From Alphaproteobacteria bacterium (lineage in GTDB: Bacteria > Pseudomonadota > Alphaproteobacteria > SMXP01), in contig JAJFIM010000172.1 of assembly GCA_021774995.1 (NCBI GenBank), forward strand, positions 1 through 50,006: a DNA stretch of 50,006 nt. Direction: 5' to 3'. The position numbers and the translations under genes are program-made. Position 1 is the stretch's first letter, and each line of letters starts with the position of its first letter. The notes beneath the pieces were generated by a model. That model made no database searches, had not been told where the DNA came from, and was given only the letters and a program-made list of their open reading frames with translations. This document shows, piece after piece, positions 1 to 8,678 of the stretch.

Positions 1-339
1 CATCAAAGTCGCCAGCAAGCCGATCAAGGTCATGGGCACGACCACGCGACTCACGACCATGACAGCCAAACGCAGGCAAGTGACCATCATCCTATAAATT
101 TGGATGTTGTGACCTATTTCAGCGAGTATTTGCATGTTGATCTGCAAAGCCCCGATCAAGTCGTGTTGAAAGCCTCAACGCCGGATTTACACGATATTGC
201 TTTTATCTTGCCTGCGGATATTAAGCCGCAACACCGCTATGAACTGGCTTCTGCTCAGAGCCGAGCGCCACCTGATTGGCGAAGGTATAGACAGGACAAT
301 ACTTCCCTTTATCTCTCAACGCAGCGTCTACGGATTTAG
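1..339 (+). CDS. C-terminal part of a histidine-rich putative metal-binding protein (5' end outside window; DUF2796/ZrgA-like is only a guess)
   Basis: Frame +1 is open from base 1 to TAG at 337-339. It begins HQSRQQADQGHGHDHATHDHDSQTQASDHH. Co-oriented with the downstream HupE/UreJ and His-tailed transporter genes. Confidence 0.4.
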   Translation, partial: HQSRQQADQGHGHDHATHDHDSQTQASDHHPINLDVVTYFSEYLHVDLQSPDQVVLKASTPDLHDIAFILPADIKPQHRYELASAQSRAPPDWRRYRQDNTSLYLSTQRLRI

Positions 340-437
340 AAATTAATTCGTAAGGCGTATTTTCGTGTCTGCTTTGCGGCGGACGCTCGTAATCCATGCG
401 CCTTTTCCTAACTTTCTAAACAACAACTCTCTAAACA

Positions 438-1178
438 ATGGAGACAATTTTAATGATTAATTATTTTCAATCTATGACGGGCAAAGACCGCCTGTTTGCC
501 TTTATGGGGCTGGCCATGATGATGGTTGCCCTGTTTGGCATTATCCCCGATGCGTGGGCACATGGCGTCACGCAAGGCGATAAAGGTTATATTCAAGAAA
601 CCGTGGGTATCCACCCAATCCCCTTTATCTACCTTGGTGCTAAACACATGATGACGGGCTATGACCACTTGCTGTTCTTGCTCGGCGTGATCTTCTTCCT
701 CTATCGCATGAAGGACGTAACCATTTATGTCAGCCTATTTGCGGTTGGCCATGTGGTGACGCTGCTTTCCGGCGTTTTGATGGAAATTAGCATTAGCTCG
801 TATATCATTGATGCCATTATCGGCTTTTCCGTGGTTTACAAGGCATTGGATAATATGGGGGCGTATCAACGCTGGTTTGGGGTTCAGCCCAATACCAAGG
901 TTGCAACATTCCTGTTTGGTCTAATGCACGGCTTTGGTTTGGCGACTAAAATTTTGGACTATGAATTATCGCCTGATGGACTGCTACCGAATTTGATCTT
1001 CTTCAATGTTGGTGTGGAGCTAGGACAAATTCTGGCACTGGCCGCGATCCTGATTGCGATTACCTATTGGCGAAAATCCGGTAGCTTCTTGCACCACGCT
1101 TATAAAGCCAATGCCGTCATGATGATGCTGGGCTTTTTGCTCATGTTTTATCAAATTACTGGCTACATCGTTCAATAA
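438..1178 (+). CDS. hupE: HupE/UreJ-family membrane protein (Ni/Co-type metal transporter family)
   Basis: 246-aa polytopic membrane ORF with signal-like N-terminus (..PDAWAHG). Has the family-typical H-x5-DH motif (HMMTGYDHLLFLLG) and a second MHGFG helix. The start could be the internal M at 450. Confidence 0.7.
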   Translation: METILMINYFQSMTGKDRLFAFMGLAMMMVALFGIIPDAWAHGVTQGDKGYIQETVGIHPIPFIYLGAKHMMTGYDHLLFLLGVIFFLYRMKDVTIYVSLFAVGHVVTLLSGVLMEISISSYIIDAIIGFSVVYKALDNMGAYQRWFGVQPNTKVATFLFGLMHGFGLATKILDYELSPDGLLPNLIFFNVGVELGQILALAAILIAITYWRKSGSFLHHAYKANAVMMMLGFLLMFYQITGYIVQ

Positions 1179-1209
1179 TTCAAACTGACAAACTTAAAAG
1201 GAAAACATA

Positions 1210-1818
1210 ATGTTTAATTCAAATATACCATCTGACAGAGAAGTGCCCTCAACAGGGAAGCTCATTAAATCAACCATTTTAGCAGCGATTACGGCTGGAA
1301 TTTTGCTGGTTACTGTGGTCATGCCTGCCGAATACGGCATTGACCCAACAGGAGTGGGCAATGCTATTGGCCTTAAACGCATGGGTGATATTAAAACCTC
1401 ACTAGCCGAAGAAGCGGCGCAAGATGCTGCTAAGGATACCCAAACCGCAGTTGTGGTTGAAGTTGAGACGGAGCCGCAAGTAGTATCGGAAACTGTACCT
1501 ACCCAAAGCCATGAAAGAGAAGTCACACTTGCGCCGGATGAAGGCACAGAGATTAAGCTGACCATGACCAAGGGCGCAAAGGTTGATTACGTGTGGAAAA
1601 CCAATGGCGGCAAAGCAAACTTTGATGTGCATGGTGACTCAAAGAAGCTGAAGATTGATTATCACAGCTACGCCAAAGGTTCAGAGCAGAAAAGCGAAGG
1701 TACGTTAGAGGCCGCTTTTAATGGAAATCATGGCTGGTTCTGGCGCAATCGTACGAAAGAGCCTTTGACTATTACCCTAAAAACTAACGGTGAATACACC
1801 GACATTAAGCGTTACTAA
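1210..1818 (+). CDS. N-terminally membrane-anchored protein of unknown function (the conserved 'transmembrane anchor protein' type that accompanies HupE-like genes)
   Basis: 202-aa ORF with RBS-like AAAGGAAAA upstream and one TM helix (LAAITAGILLVTVVMPA) followed by a soluble domain. The antisense ORFs 1194-1571 and 1402-1632 are low-complexity shadows. Confidence 0.6.
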   Translation: MFNSNIPSDREVPSTGKLIKSTILAAITAGILLVTVVMPAEYGIDPTGVGNAIGLKRMGDIKTSLAEEAAQDAAKDTQTAVVVEVETEPQVVSETVPTQSHEREVTLAPDEGTEIKLTMTKGAKVDYVWKTNGGKANFDVHGDSKKLKIDYHSYAKGSEQKSEGTLEAAFNGNHGWFWRNRTKEPLTITLKTNGEYTDIKRY

Positions 1819-1850
1819 ACCCACTCACGAGAAAAGAAAGGACAACTCTC

Positions 1851-1979
1851 ATGAAAAAACTAACCAACCCTAAAATTTTAATTCCTATTTTAATCGTTGT
1901 AGCTGTATTGATTGTTATCGCAGTCACCAGCATGACAGGCGGTGAAATGGCGGTCAGCGATCACGGCCATACACACTAG
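1851..1979 (+). CDS. 42-aa single-pass membrane peptide with His-rich tail (..SDHGHTH)
   Basis: ATG at 1851 preceded by AAAGGA. Translation MKKLTNPKILIPILIVVAVLIVIAVTSMTGGEMAVSDHGHTH, stop at 1977-1979. Below the 60-aa cutoff of the ORF track. Fills the gap between two co-oriented genes. Confidence 0.45.
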   Translation: MKKLTNPKILIPILIVVAVLIVIAVTSMTGGEMAVSDHGHTH

Positions 1980-1993
1980 AAAGTAACAGTAAA

Positions 1994-3337
1994 ATGCTAG
2001 AGCCACTCAAAAACTCGACCTACAGGCATTTGTTCTCAGCGCAGGTTATCGCGCTGTTAGGGACAGGCTTGACCACGGTGGCTCTAGCATTGCTGACCTA
2101 TGATCTGGCGGGCGACAAGGCCGGAACCGTCCTCGGCACAGCCCTTGCGCTTAAAATGGTGGCTTATGTGACCATTGCGCCGATTATTGGCGGGCTGGCA
2201 GCGGCCTTGCCGCGCAAAAGGGTTTTGGTCACGCTTGATCTTATCCGCGCTGGCTTTGTATTGTGCTTGCCGTTTGTCAGTGAAATCTGGCAAATCTATC
2301 TTATCATCTTCCTCATGCAATCCTGCTCTGCCGGATTCACGCCGATGTTTCAGGCGACCATACCGGATATTATTCCCGATGAAAAAACCTACACCAAAGC
2401 CTTGTCGCTTTCGCGGCTGGCCTATGATCTGGAATCTCTGGTTAGCCCGATGCTGGCGGCGCTGGCTCTATTGTTTATCAGCTTTGACGCACTGTTTGCC
2501 ACTAACGCCGTGGCCTTCCTGATTTCGGCGGCGCTGGTTGTTACAGCGACTTTTCCAAAAAGGGAGAGAGCCAAGGATGCCAGAGTTATATCGGTTTGGG
2601 AGAAAATCAGTTTCGGCACACGCGCCTATCTCGCCACGCCGCGCCTAAGAGGGTTGCTTGCGCTTTCTCTGGCTGTATCTGCGGCAGGGGCAATGGTGAT
2701 CGTCAATACAGTTGTGATTGTACGTGGTAGTTTCGGATTGGACGCGCAAGATGTGGCTCTGGCTTTTGCGGCCTATGGCGGCGGCTCAATGCTGGCAGCT
2801 TTTACACTTCCAAAGTTACTGGACTATCTGCCGGATCGTCCCGTTATGCTCAGCGGGGCAATTGTTCTGGCCGTTGGTTTACTGGCTGGCTCTACTGTTT
2901 CAACATTCTTCTGGCTTCTGCCCGTATGGTTTTTATTAGGCAGTGCAGCCTCGCTCATCAATACACCAACAGGGCGATTGCTTCGCCGTTCTTCTGCAGA
3001 ACAGGACCGCCCCGCTTATTTCGCCGCGCAGTTTTCTCTCTCTCATGCCTGCTGGTTAATTACATACCCGCTTGTCGGCTTTCTCGGCGCATCCATGGGT
3101 ATCACGGAAACGTTTTATATTCTGATAGGAATTGTATTACTGGGCTTTGTTCTTGCGCTGTTTTTATGGCCAGCCGAAGATCACGCAGCTCTTACCCATA
3201 CGCATAAAGACCTTGATCCCAATGATCCGCATTTAGCAGATGCTAAAGCCGTAAAAGATGGATATCGACATAACCATGATTACGTAATTGACAAAAAACA
3301 TCCTTCATGGCCAGGGCATAATAATTTTTTTAAATAG
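1994..3337 (+). CDS. MFS transporter with His-rich C-terminal tail
   Basis: 447 aa with ~12 hydrophobic helices and the MFS-like loop motif (PRKRVLVTLDLIRAG). Tail reads HTHKDLDPNDPH...RHNHDY...HPSWPGHNN. Confidence 0.8.
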   Translation: MLEPLKNSTYRHLFSAQVIALLGTGLTTVALALLTYDLAGDKAGTVLGTALALKMVAYVTIAPIIGGLAAALPRKRVLVTLDLIRAGFVLCLPFVSEIWQIYLIIFLMQSCSAGFTPMFQATIPDIIPDEKTYTKALSLSRLAYDLESLVSPMLAALALLFISFDALFATNAVAFLISAALVVTATFPKRERAKDARVISVWEKISFGTRAYLATPRLRGLLALSLAVSAAGAMVIVNTVVIVRGSFGLDAQDVALAFAAYGGGSMLAAFTLPKLLDYLPDRPVMLSGAIVLAVGLLAGSTVSTFFWLLPVWFLLGSAASLINTPTGRLLRRSSAEQDRPAYFAAQFSLSHACWLITYPLVGFLGASMGITETFYILIGIVLLGFVLALFLWPAEDHAALTHTHKDLDPNDPHLADAKAVKDGYRHNHDYVIDKKHPSWPGHNNFFK

Positions 3338-3629
3338 ATTGCCAAATCCAAACCAATAATAGTCCAATAACACCCCATCCAATGCAGAAAAACACCGCCA
3401 CGCGAATAAAAAGACCTAATGCACCTAATATTCCGCCAACAATACTGGATGGGACGATAGTGGCCGCAAATCTTGCCCATTTGGGCCATTCATCTGGAAT
3501 GAACTCTTGAAGGTTATAACCGGTAAAGCCCGCAGCAATGATAAAGACCCAAAAGCTCCATACGCTAATAGCGTGAACTTCGTATTCTTCTTCATCCATA
3601 AAATCATCGCCAACGCGTCTGTATGCCAT
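3330..3629 (-). CDS. small integral membrane protein, unknown function
   Basis: 99 aa with 3 predicted TM helices. It begins 3 nt after the stop of the upstream minus-strand gene (3632), at the end of the relaxase operon. Confidence 0.5.
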   Translation of the reverse strand: MAYRRVGDDFMDEEEYEVHAISVWSFWVFIIAAGFTGYNLQEFIPDEWPKWARFAATIVPSSIVGGILGALGLFIRVAVFFCIGWGVIGLLLVWIWQSI

Positions 3630-3631
3630 AA

Positions 3632-4054
3632 TTAAACCTCCTCACCCCGATCAGATAGAGGTTTTAACTCTGACATACCGCGCACGATGGTTTCCATGAA
3701 GGAATCCAGACGCGCATTGGCTTCGACCTCTTTCGGAGTTTTATCATCTTCTGGAATGGAAGGATGGTGCATAAAAAACTCATGGGTGAATTTTAAGATC
3801 AGCTCTTGGATAAAGGCCATATCTCTTGCACTTTTCTTACGGTGTGATGCCAGGGACGCAGAAAATTGATTATAAAGTTTCACCAAATCAGCATCCCGAT
3901 CATTACGATGTTCAGGAAACATCGCATAGCGAAGCCCATCATTGGTAATCGCTGATACATTGGGATTATGAGAGGCTTTCATTTGCTTCTCTAGCGCTTC
4001 CCATACATCTTCGTCAAAATAGACTGTTTTTTGAACACGTTTTGCTTTTGCCAT
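3632..4054 (-). CDS. ribbon-helix-helix DNA-binding protein, possible relaxosome accessory factor
   Basis: 140 aa. N-terminus KTVYFDEDVWEALEKQMK is a typical CopG/RHH strand-helix. Starts 3 nt after the relaxase stop. Confidence 0.55.
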   Translation of the reverse strand: MAKAKRVQKTVYFDEDVWEALEKQMKASHNPNVSAITNDGLRYAMFPEHRNDRDADLVKLYNQFSASLASHRKKSARDMAFIQELILKFTHEFFMHHPSIPEDDKTPKEVEANARLDSFMETIVRGMSELKPLSDRGEEV

Positions 4055-4056
4055 TT

Positions 4057-6111
4057 TTATAGTTCTCTTTCTTGATCTTTATCGTTTGCGCGCGCCTGTT
4101 CCTGTTGTTTGGCTTGCTCCAATGCCTTCATCTGGAATGTGCCGCGATCAAGCTCATTAAAGATGATTTTTGACCCCTTCTCTATCTCCGGCGCTTTATC
4201 CAATCTCGCCATTTGCAAATCTTTGCCTTGCATCACTACAGCCCATTTACCACTTTCAAGCTCTGTATGGCCCAAATAAGTATATTCTTTATTGGCACTG
4301 ACTTTTTGAGCATTAAACTCTAAGCCTGCTTTTGTAGCCAAGAATTTGCCTTCCTGATGCACTTCCATGACTGTTAGATCGCGTAAAGCAGTCTTTCTGA
4401 GTGCAAAATCACCATTGGATTGAATGAGGGCAAGATTGTTCTTCACAAGCCAGTCTTGGCGTTTTTCTAGCGCTTTTTCTAAATTCTGATCACTTTGGGC
4501 AATGCCTGATTTTGATCGAGAACGCGCATACAGTTCTTTATCAAGCCATGTTTTCTTGGCCGCATCGGTTAAATCTTCTGGCGCTTGGGCAGATAAAACA
4601 TCCAGTTTTGGATAGAAGCGCTTTTTCTCACGCGCATTGATTTTAGCTGATATTTCCGCGCCCTGTTTTATAACATCTTCTGGCACTTTATATCTCCCCT
4701 GCCCCATATCAACGACAGCTTCATTTTGCTCTAATGTTTCAATCCGCTTGATGTGAGAAGCTAAATATCCCTCTCTGGCATCTTCCTCGATGTAATTCTG
4801 CTCTTTTTCGATATAAAGGCGATGCTTTTCAATATCGTAAATACCATCATTTTGGCGTGCAATCAGGTTGATATTGTAATCCGCACGACCGCTAGACTGA
4901 TCGAATGGCCGCACACGTATTAAAGCACCCTTATCCAGTTTCTCGTAATTGAATGGCTCACCAACTGGCACATAGTGTTTACCGCCGCCAAGAGCTTCAA
5001 CAACAATATACTTCTTATCTGTCAATTCATCAGCTGGCCCTTTATCAAGAACGCGCCCCTCGATCGTGGCACCCTCGCCCGCTTTGAGTGAATACACCGC
5101 TAAATCATCTAACTCGCCATCTAATCTGCCATAAAGCTGTTTTATGACATCATTACGCGTGGCGATTTTATAGAGAACATCCTGATAACCTTCATTGAGA
5201 GTGAACATGCCCGGAGGAGACTCTATCGCCAATCCTGTTGTGGTCAGATAGTGCAAACGCCCCTTCAAGGAAGATTCATAATAAGCCGATTTATCAAAAT
5301 TATTTGCTTTACGAACATCAATAACGCCATCCTCATTGACCTGTCTTTCGATGAAACGATCTAAAGATGTTACGCGTAAGGCGTCCACTTCTTTTTCGAT
5401 AGATTTCTGAATATCATCCAGGCTACGCTCACCGAGCAGCTCTGTTGCTATCTCTTGCGCACGAGCGCGGACTCCAAAAGCAATGTAATCTCGCCCTATA
5501 ACCAGATCATTACCGCGCCCGTCCCTACCCTGAATAATAACATGAGCATGGGTATCATCCGTATCGTAATGAACCGCCCCAACCCAGCTTAACTTAACTT
5601 TCAAGTCACGCTCAACACACTTCATGACCTTGCGGATATAACCCTGAAAATCTTCTATATCTTCTCCGCGCTCTGGCGAGATAATCATTCTGAAATGGTG
5701 ACGATCATTTTTGCATAATTCAAAGAAATCTTGGCGCGCCAAACCTTCATTCTCACCATCAAACAGGATAGCTTTCTCGCCGTCCTGACCTGCCCTATTA
5801 CGGCTAATATAATGGATGTGATGATAGAGGTTTTGCCCACCACTCCCTGCGCCAGAGCCAACCCCTTTTGTCTTATTCTTCACTGGATTGACTTTAACAA
5901 CTACGCGCTGAGCTGATGCCATCCCTGCAAATGAGTTACCGCGATAAACTCCATCACGGCGTTTAATTTTCTTCGGGCCTGACGATCTATGGCCATGTCT
6001 ATTTAGCTTTTTGAAGAATGCCTTTCTGGGGCTGTCTCTTGTCACAACGAGAGGACGCGCAGCAGAGTTGCCACCCGTATCTTCCTCGTTATTGAGCCTG
6101 TCTAAAAACAT
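4057..6111 (-). CDS. conjugative relaxase, VirD2-like relaxase/mobilization nuclease with DUF3363-type C-terminal region
   Basis: 684 aa. Histidine triad block VGAVHYDTDDTHAHVIIQGRD. Also conserved RVVVK..., DRHHFRMIISPE and GRDYIAFGVRARAQE blocks, which I recognise from alphaproteobacterial plasmid relaxases. Confidence 0.85.
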   Translation of the reverse strand: MFLDRLNNEEDTGGNSAARPLVVTRDSPRKAFFKKLNRHGHRSSGPKKIKRRDGVYRGNSFAGMASAQRVVVKVNPVKNKTKGVGSGAGSGGQNLYHHIHYISRNRAGQDGEKAILFDGENEGLARQDFFELCKNDRHHFRMIISPERGEDIEDFQGYIRKVMKCVERDLKVKLSWVGAVHYDTDDTHAHVIIQGRDGRGNDLVIGRDYIAFGVRARAQEIATELLGERSLDDIQKSIEKEVDALRVTSLDRFIERQVNEDGVIDVRKANNFDKSAYYESSLKGRLHYLTTTGLAIESPPGMFTLNEGYQDVLYKIATRNDVIKQLYGRLDGELDDLAVYSLKAGEGATIEGRVLDKGPADELTDKKYIVVEALGGGKHYVPVGEPFNYEKLDKGALIRVRPFDQSSGRADYNINLIARQNDGIYDIEKHRLYIEKEQNYIEEDAREGYLASHIKRIETLEQNEAVVDMGQGRYKVPEDVIKQGAEISAKINAREKKRFYPKLDVLSAQAPEDLTDAAKKTWLDKELYARSRSKSGIAQSDQNLEKALEKRQDWLVKNNLALIQSNGDFALRKTALRDLTVMEVHQEGKFLATKAGLEFNAQKVSANKEYTYLGHTELESGKWAVVMQGKDLQMARLDKAPEIEKGSKIIFNELDRGTFQMKALEQAKQQEQARANDKDQEREL

Positions 6112-6444
6112 TTTTCTGATCTTCTTCGCTTTTAAATTCTTGTTTGGTTAGGCGCAAACGCGCACTAATTTACCCTTACAGTATATAACTTAATAAAACT
6201 TATTTCAAGAACTTTAAACTCTTAAATTACTCAATAATAACAATAAGTTCATATAAATATAATTTATATCTTTTATCTTGTATTAATATATCTCTATCTA
6301 TCCATACACCCTACATCATCCTTCTTTATCACAATCAATCCTCCACTCTCGTCTGCTTCCATACTTTTCAAACGCTTGCAAAATACAGTCTATGAACGCA
6401 CAAAAAACTCTGACCTATTAAAGCCAGAGTTTTATTTGAGATAG
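6112..6444. promoter_or_regulatory. AT-rich relaxase upstream region; candidate promoter/oriT (nick site not identified)
   Basis: 333 bp non-coding and strongly AT-rich, directly 5' of the relaxase operon. Only short hairpins seen (e.g. aactctg..cagagtt at ~6396-6432). No confident nic consensus. Confidence 0.3.
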
Positions 6445-6469
6445 AAAAAAGCCCCTCATTGCGAGGGGC
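6445..6469 (-). terminator. rho-independent terminator after the DUF736 gene
   Basis: gcccctc-attgc-gaggggc hairpin (6451-6469) followed on the minus strand by a T6 run (A6 at 6445-6450), 9 nt after the DUF736 stop. Confidence 0.65.
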
Positions 6470-6477
6470 TAGGTTCG

Positions 6478-6783
6478 TTAGTTTTGGCGTGACCAGATAA
6501 GAATATATTGATCGTCTTTTTGAACCAGGTTGGCGTAAATCGGATTTGGAAATTCCGGTGCATCAAGCTGTACTGAAACATATGAGTTTTGATTATCGCT
6601 AATCTTATTCCAACCTGCCCCAGCTTCAAAACCTCCGATTTTTGCTCTGAAATCAGGCTTGTTATCGTTTGTTTCACCATCACCGATGGGCTGTAATTTG
6701 AGGTGGAAATTCAGGGTTGCTGTTTTAAGCTTTCCTTCAAAACTACCATTTTCTTGTTTTTTCATATTTGCTATAATTGACAT
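6478..6783 (-). CDS. DUF736 domain protein (conserved conjugative-element protein)
   Basis: 101 aa. The pattern G..G.L.T..L......PI.......PD.R......E.GAGW.K.S.....Y.SV.LD.P.FP.PIYANLV......Y.LIWSR is the DUF736 signature as I remember it. Confidence 0.85.
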   Translation of the reverse strand: MSIIANMKKQENGSFEGKLKTATLNFHLKLQPIGDGETNDNKPDFRAKIGGFEAGAGWNKISDNQNSYVSVQLDAPEFPNPIYANLVQKDDQYILIWSRQN

Positions 6784-6900
6784 TGTATCTTCCTTTTAAT
6801 TTTACTCTTAGAACAACACCTTGTTGCTCTTTCTTATGGCGTAATAATTCACTGGCCGCTTTCGACGCGTCACAGATTAAATTTGTCTTTCGCGAGGAAT

Positions 6901-6916
6901 TTATCGCTTGCGATAA
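6901..6916. promoter_or_regulatory. perfect 16-bp palindrome TTATCGCTTGCGATAA upstream of the DUF736 gene (possible operator)
   Basis: Read directly from the sequence. Lies ~120 bp 5' of the DUF736 start on the minus strand. Confidence 0.3.
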
Positions 6917-7134
6917 AGGGGAAATTTATTCTTGACGCATAGGCGAAGGCAGGTCAGTTAAGTTAGCCAATTTAGAAAGGCATAAGGCTGTTTGGGCGGT
7001 AAATATTTCAACGGCAAAATTTTTAGGGTAATTTCATATATGACATAACATTAATAGTTTTAGAGGCTCTATCACCCCCCTATTCCATCCAATTACAAAA
7101 GAGTCATACTGAAAACGAAATCAGCATGGCGCTT

Positions 7135-7164
7135 AAAAATCGGAGGTTTTGAAGCTGGGGCAGG
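7135..7164 (+). pseudogene. 30-bp relic of a second, inverted DUF736 gene copy (encodes KIGGFEAGAG)
   Basis: 7135-7164 (aaaaatcggaggttttgaagctggggcagg) is the exact reverse complement of 6614-6643 inside the intact DUF736 gene. It ends 2 nt before the stop of the MTase gene. Confidence 0.6.
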
Positions 7165-7166
7165 TA

Positions 7167-8609
7167 TTATGCTGCGTCCTCATTTTGGGCATCACTGCCA
7201 AGCCATTGCCGACCCTTTGCAGCTGTCTTATTAAAAAGAGCCCAATCTTCATTATTTTTGAATGTCAGATGAACCGTTCCCTTCATATAGAATTTTATAT
7301 CGAAAAATCGGCTTTCGGTCAGATTATCAAAAGGGCTGTGAATATCACGGCCTAAAATATCAAACTTGCGCTTTAGCGCCTGCCCTATTGTTTCGCAATG
7401 TTCAAACGGGCGAGCTGTCATAAAACAAAGCACACGATCCAAATCATTATAAATATCCATTGAATGACCGTAATGCATACTGAAATATCGCCCCCATTTC
7501 TTGTTAAACTCACAGCCATAGGGAAAAACAATCTTCTTATTGATTTTATAATTATCGTTGCTTTTCCATCCTTCACTATGATTGCTATTGCCCTTGTAAT
7601 AACGGCATAACTCGTCAAATACGTTGGCAACGGATTGTTCAAAGAGTTTTTGGCGTTGTTCAAACACATTTTGAAGCGTGCCTTTAATATTTTCCTTTGT
7701 GAACGGAATATTGCCGTTCCTATCAACATCGCGCAAAAGCTCGTCACGCTGTTTTCTATCAAGGTGTTTGTGAAACTCCATCTTAGAAAACACCTCATGC
7801 CATGCAGTATTGCGGTGCTTTTTGATAAATGCGGCTTTGGCGGAATTGATATTTTTTGTCGCCATACCAAGAATGGAGGATAAATCGCTTTGATAGATGG
7901 TCACATTATTAGCATCCATATAGCTTTGGGCTTTGCGGATATGCTGGAAGGCTTTGAACATATTGGCGTTCGCCTCGTCATAGAAATGTTGCATATTCCC
8001 CAAGCGGTCTATGACAGCAGGAATATTCCCAAAATCAATATCATCATTCACGGCGCGTTCTGTTTTCTCTGTCGCCCATAAATCAAGACTATCGTCCTCA
8101 GCCTCCTTTTTAAGATAAACAAGCGCAACGTCCACGCCCGTTTTGCGCTCGGCTGTGGCGAAACAATCACCTAAATATTCAACCGCGCCGTTATTTTCTA
8201 TGATCTCAGCAAGTAATTTTCGGGTTTTTGTATAAGGGTTGCGGAGTGTTTCAGCATTGAGAAGACAAACAATCTCGCCAGAGAATAGAAAATTCCATGC
8301 TTTTAATAAATGCTCGTCCCCATTGGAAAATGGCGGGTTCATCAATATAGCGTCATAATAGCAAACACCATCATAGCTAAGAAAATCATGCCCCACGATT
8401 GGAAAGTCTTTATCACGCAATACCGCGCAAAGTTCGGGCGAATTTTCAATGCAATCAACCGACGCGGAGCGTCTTGATGCTAGGGTAAATTCAGCTATGT
8501 CGCCCTTTCCTGCGCTCGGCTCTAAAAAATGCTCTGCCGAACGGCTGATTTTAGAAAGCATAGTTTTTATTACGGCTTGAGGGGTTGGAAAAAATTCGTC
8601 TGTAAACAT
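7167..8609 (-). CDS. orphan N6-adenine DNA methyltransferase with DUF4942-type C-terminal domain (plasmid leading-region type)
   Basis: 480 aa. Motif I LEPSAGKGDI and motif IV MNPPFS. No cognate nuclease adjacent. Follows a ParB-like gene, as is common on conjugative elements. Confidence 0.8.
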   Translation of the reverse strand: MFTDEFFPTPQAVIKTMLSKISRSAEHFLEPSAGKGDIAEFTLASRRSASVDCIENSPELCAVLRDKDFPIVGHDFLSYDGVCYYDAILMNPPFSNGDEHLLKAWNFLFSGEIVCLLNAETLRNPYTKTRKLLAEIIENNGAVEYLGDCFATAERKTGVDVALVYLKKEAEDDSLDLWATEKTERAVNDDIDFGNIPAVIDRLGNMQHFYDEANANMFKAFQHIRKAQSYMDANNVTIYQSDLSSILGMATKNINSAKAAFIKKHRNTAWHEVFSKMEFHKHLDRKQRDELLRDVDRNGNIPFTKENIKGTLQNVFEQRQKLFEQSVANVFDELCRYYKGNSNHSEGWKSNDNYKINKKIVFPYGCEFNKKWGRYFSMHYGHSMDIYNDLDRVLCFMTARPFEHCETIGQALKRKFDILGRDIHSPFDNLTESRFFDIKFYMKGTVHLTFKNNEDWALFNKTAAKGRQWLGSDAQNEDAA

Positions 8610-8638
8610 CGATCTATCCTTATAAAAAATTGAGAAGT

Positions 8639-8671
8639 GAAACCACGCGCAAGGTCTTTGCGCGTGGTTTC
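8639..8671 (-). terminator. 14-bp perfect-stem hairpin between the ParB-like and MTase genes (attenuator/terminator-like)
   Basis: gaaaccacgcgcaa (8639-8652) pairs with ttgcgcgtggtttc (8658-8671). On the minus strand it is followed by a T-rich tract (..caatttttt). Confidence 0.4.
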
Positions 8672-8678
8672 ACGAGGG

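Noticed and set aside
1194-1632. Minus-strand ORFs 1194-1571 and 1402-1632
   Set aside because: They lie entirely inside the better-supported plus-strand gene 1210-1818, have low-complexity Ser/Thr/Val composition and no RBS.
2084-3207. Several 65-115-aa ORFs on both strands within 1994-3337
   Set aside because: They are nested in the MFS transporter gene, whose 12-helix architecture explains the whole region.
7149-7883. ORFs 7149-7355 (+), 7418-7870 (-, alternate frame) and 7635-7883 (+)
   Set aside because: All are embedded in the 480-aa MTase gene, which has clear motifs I and IV in its own frame.
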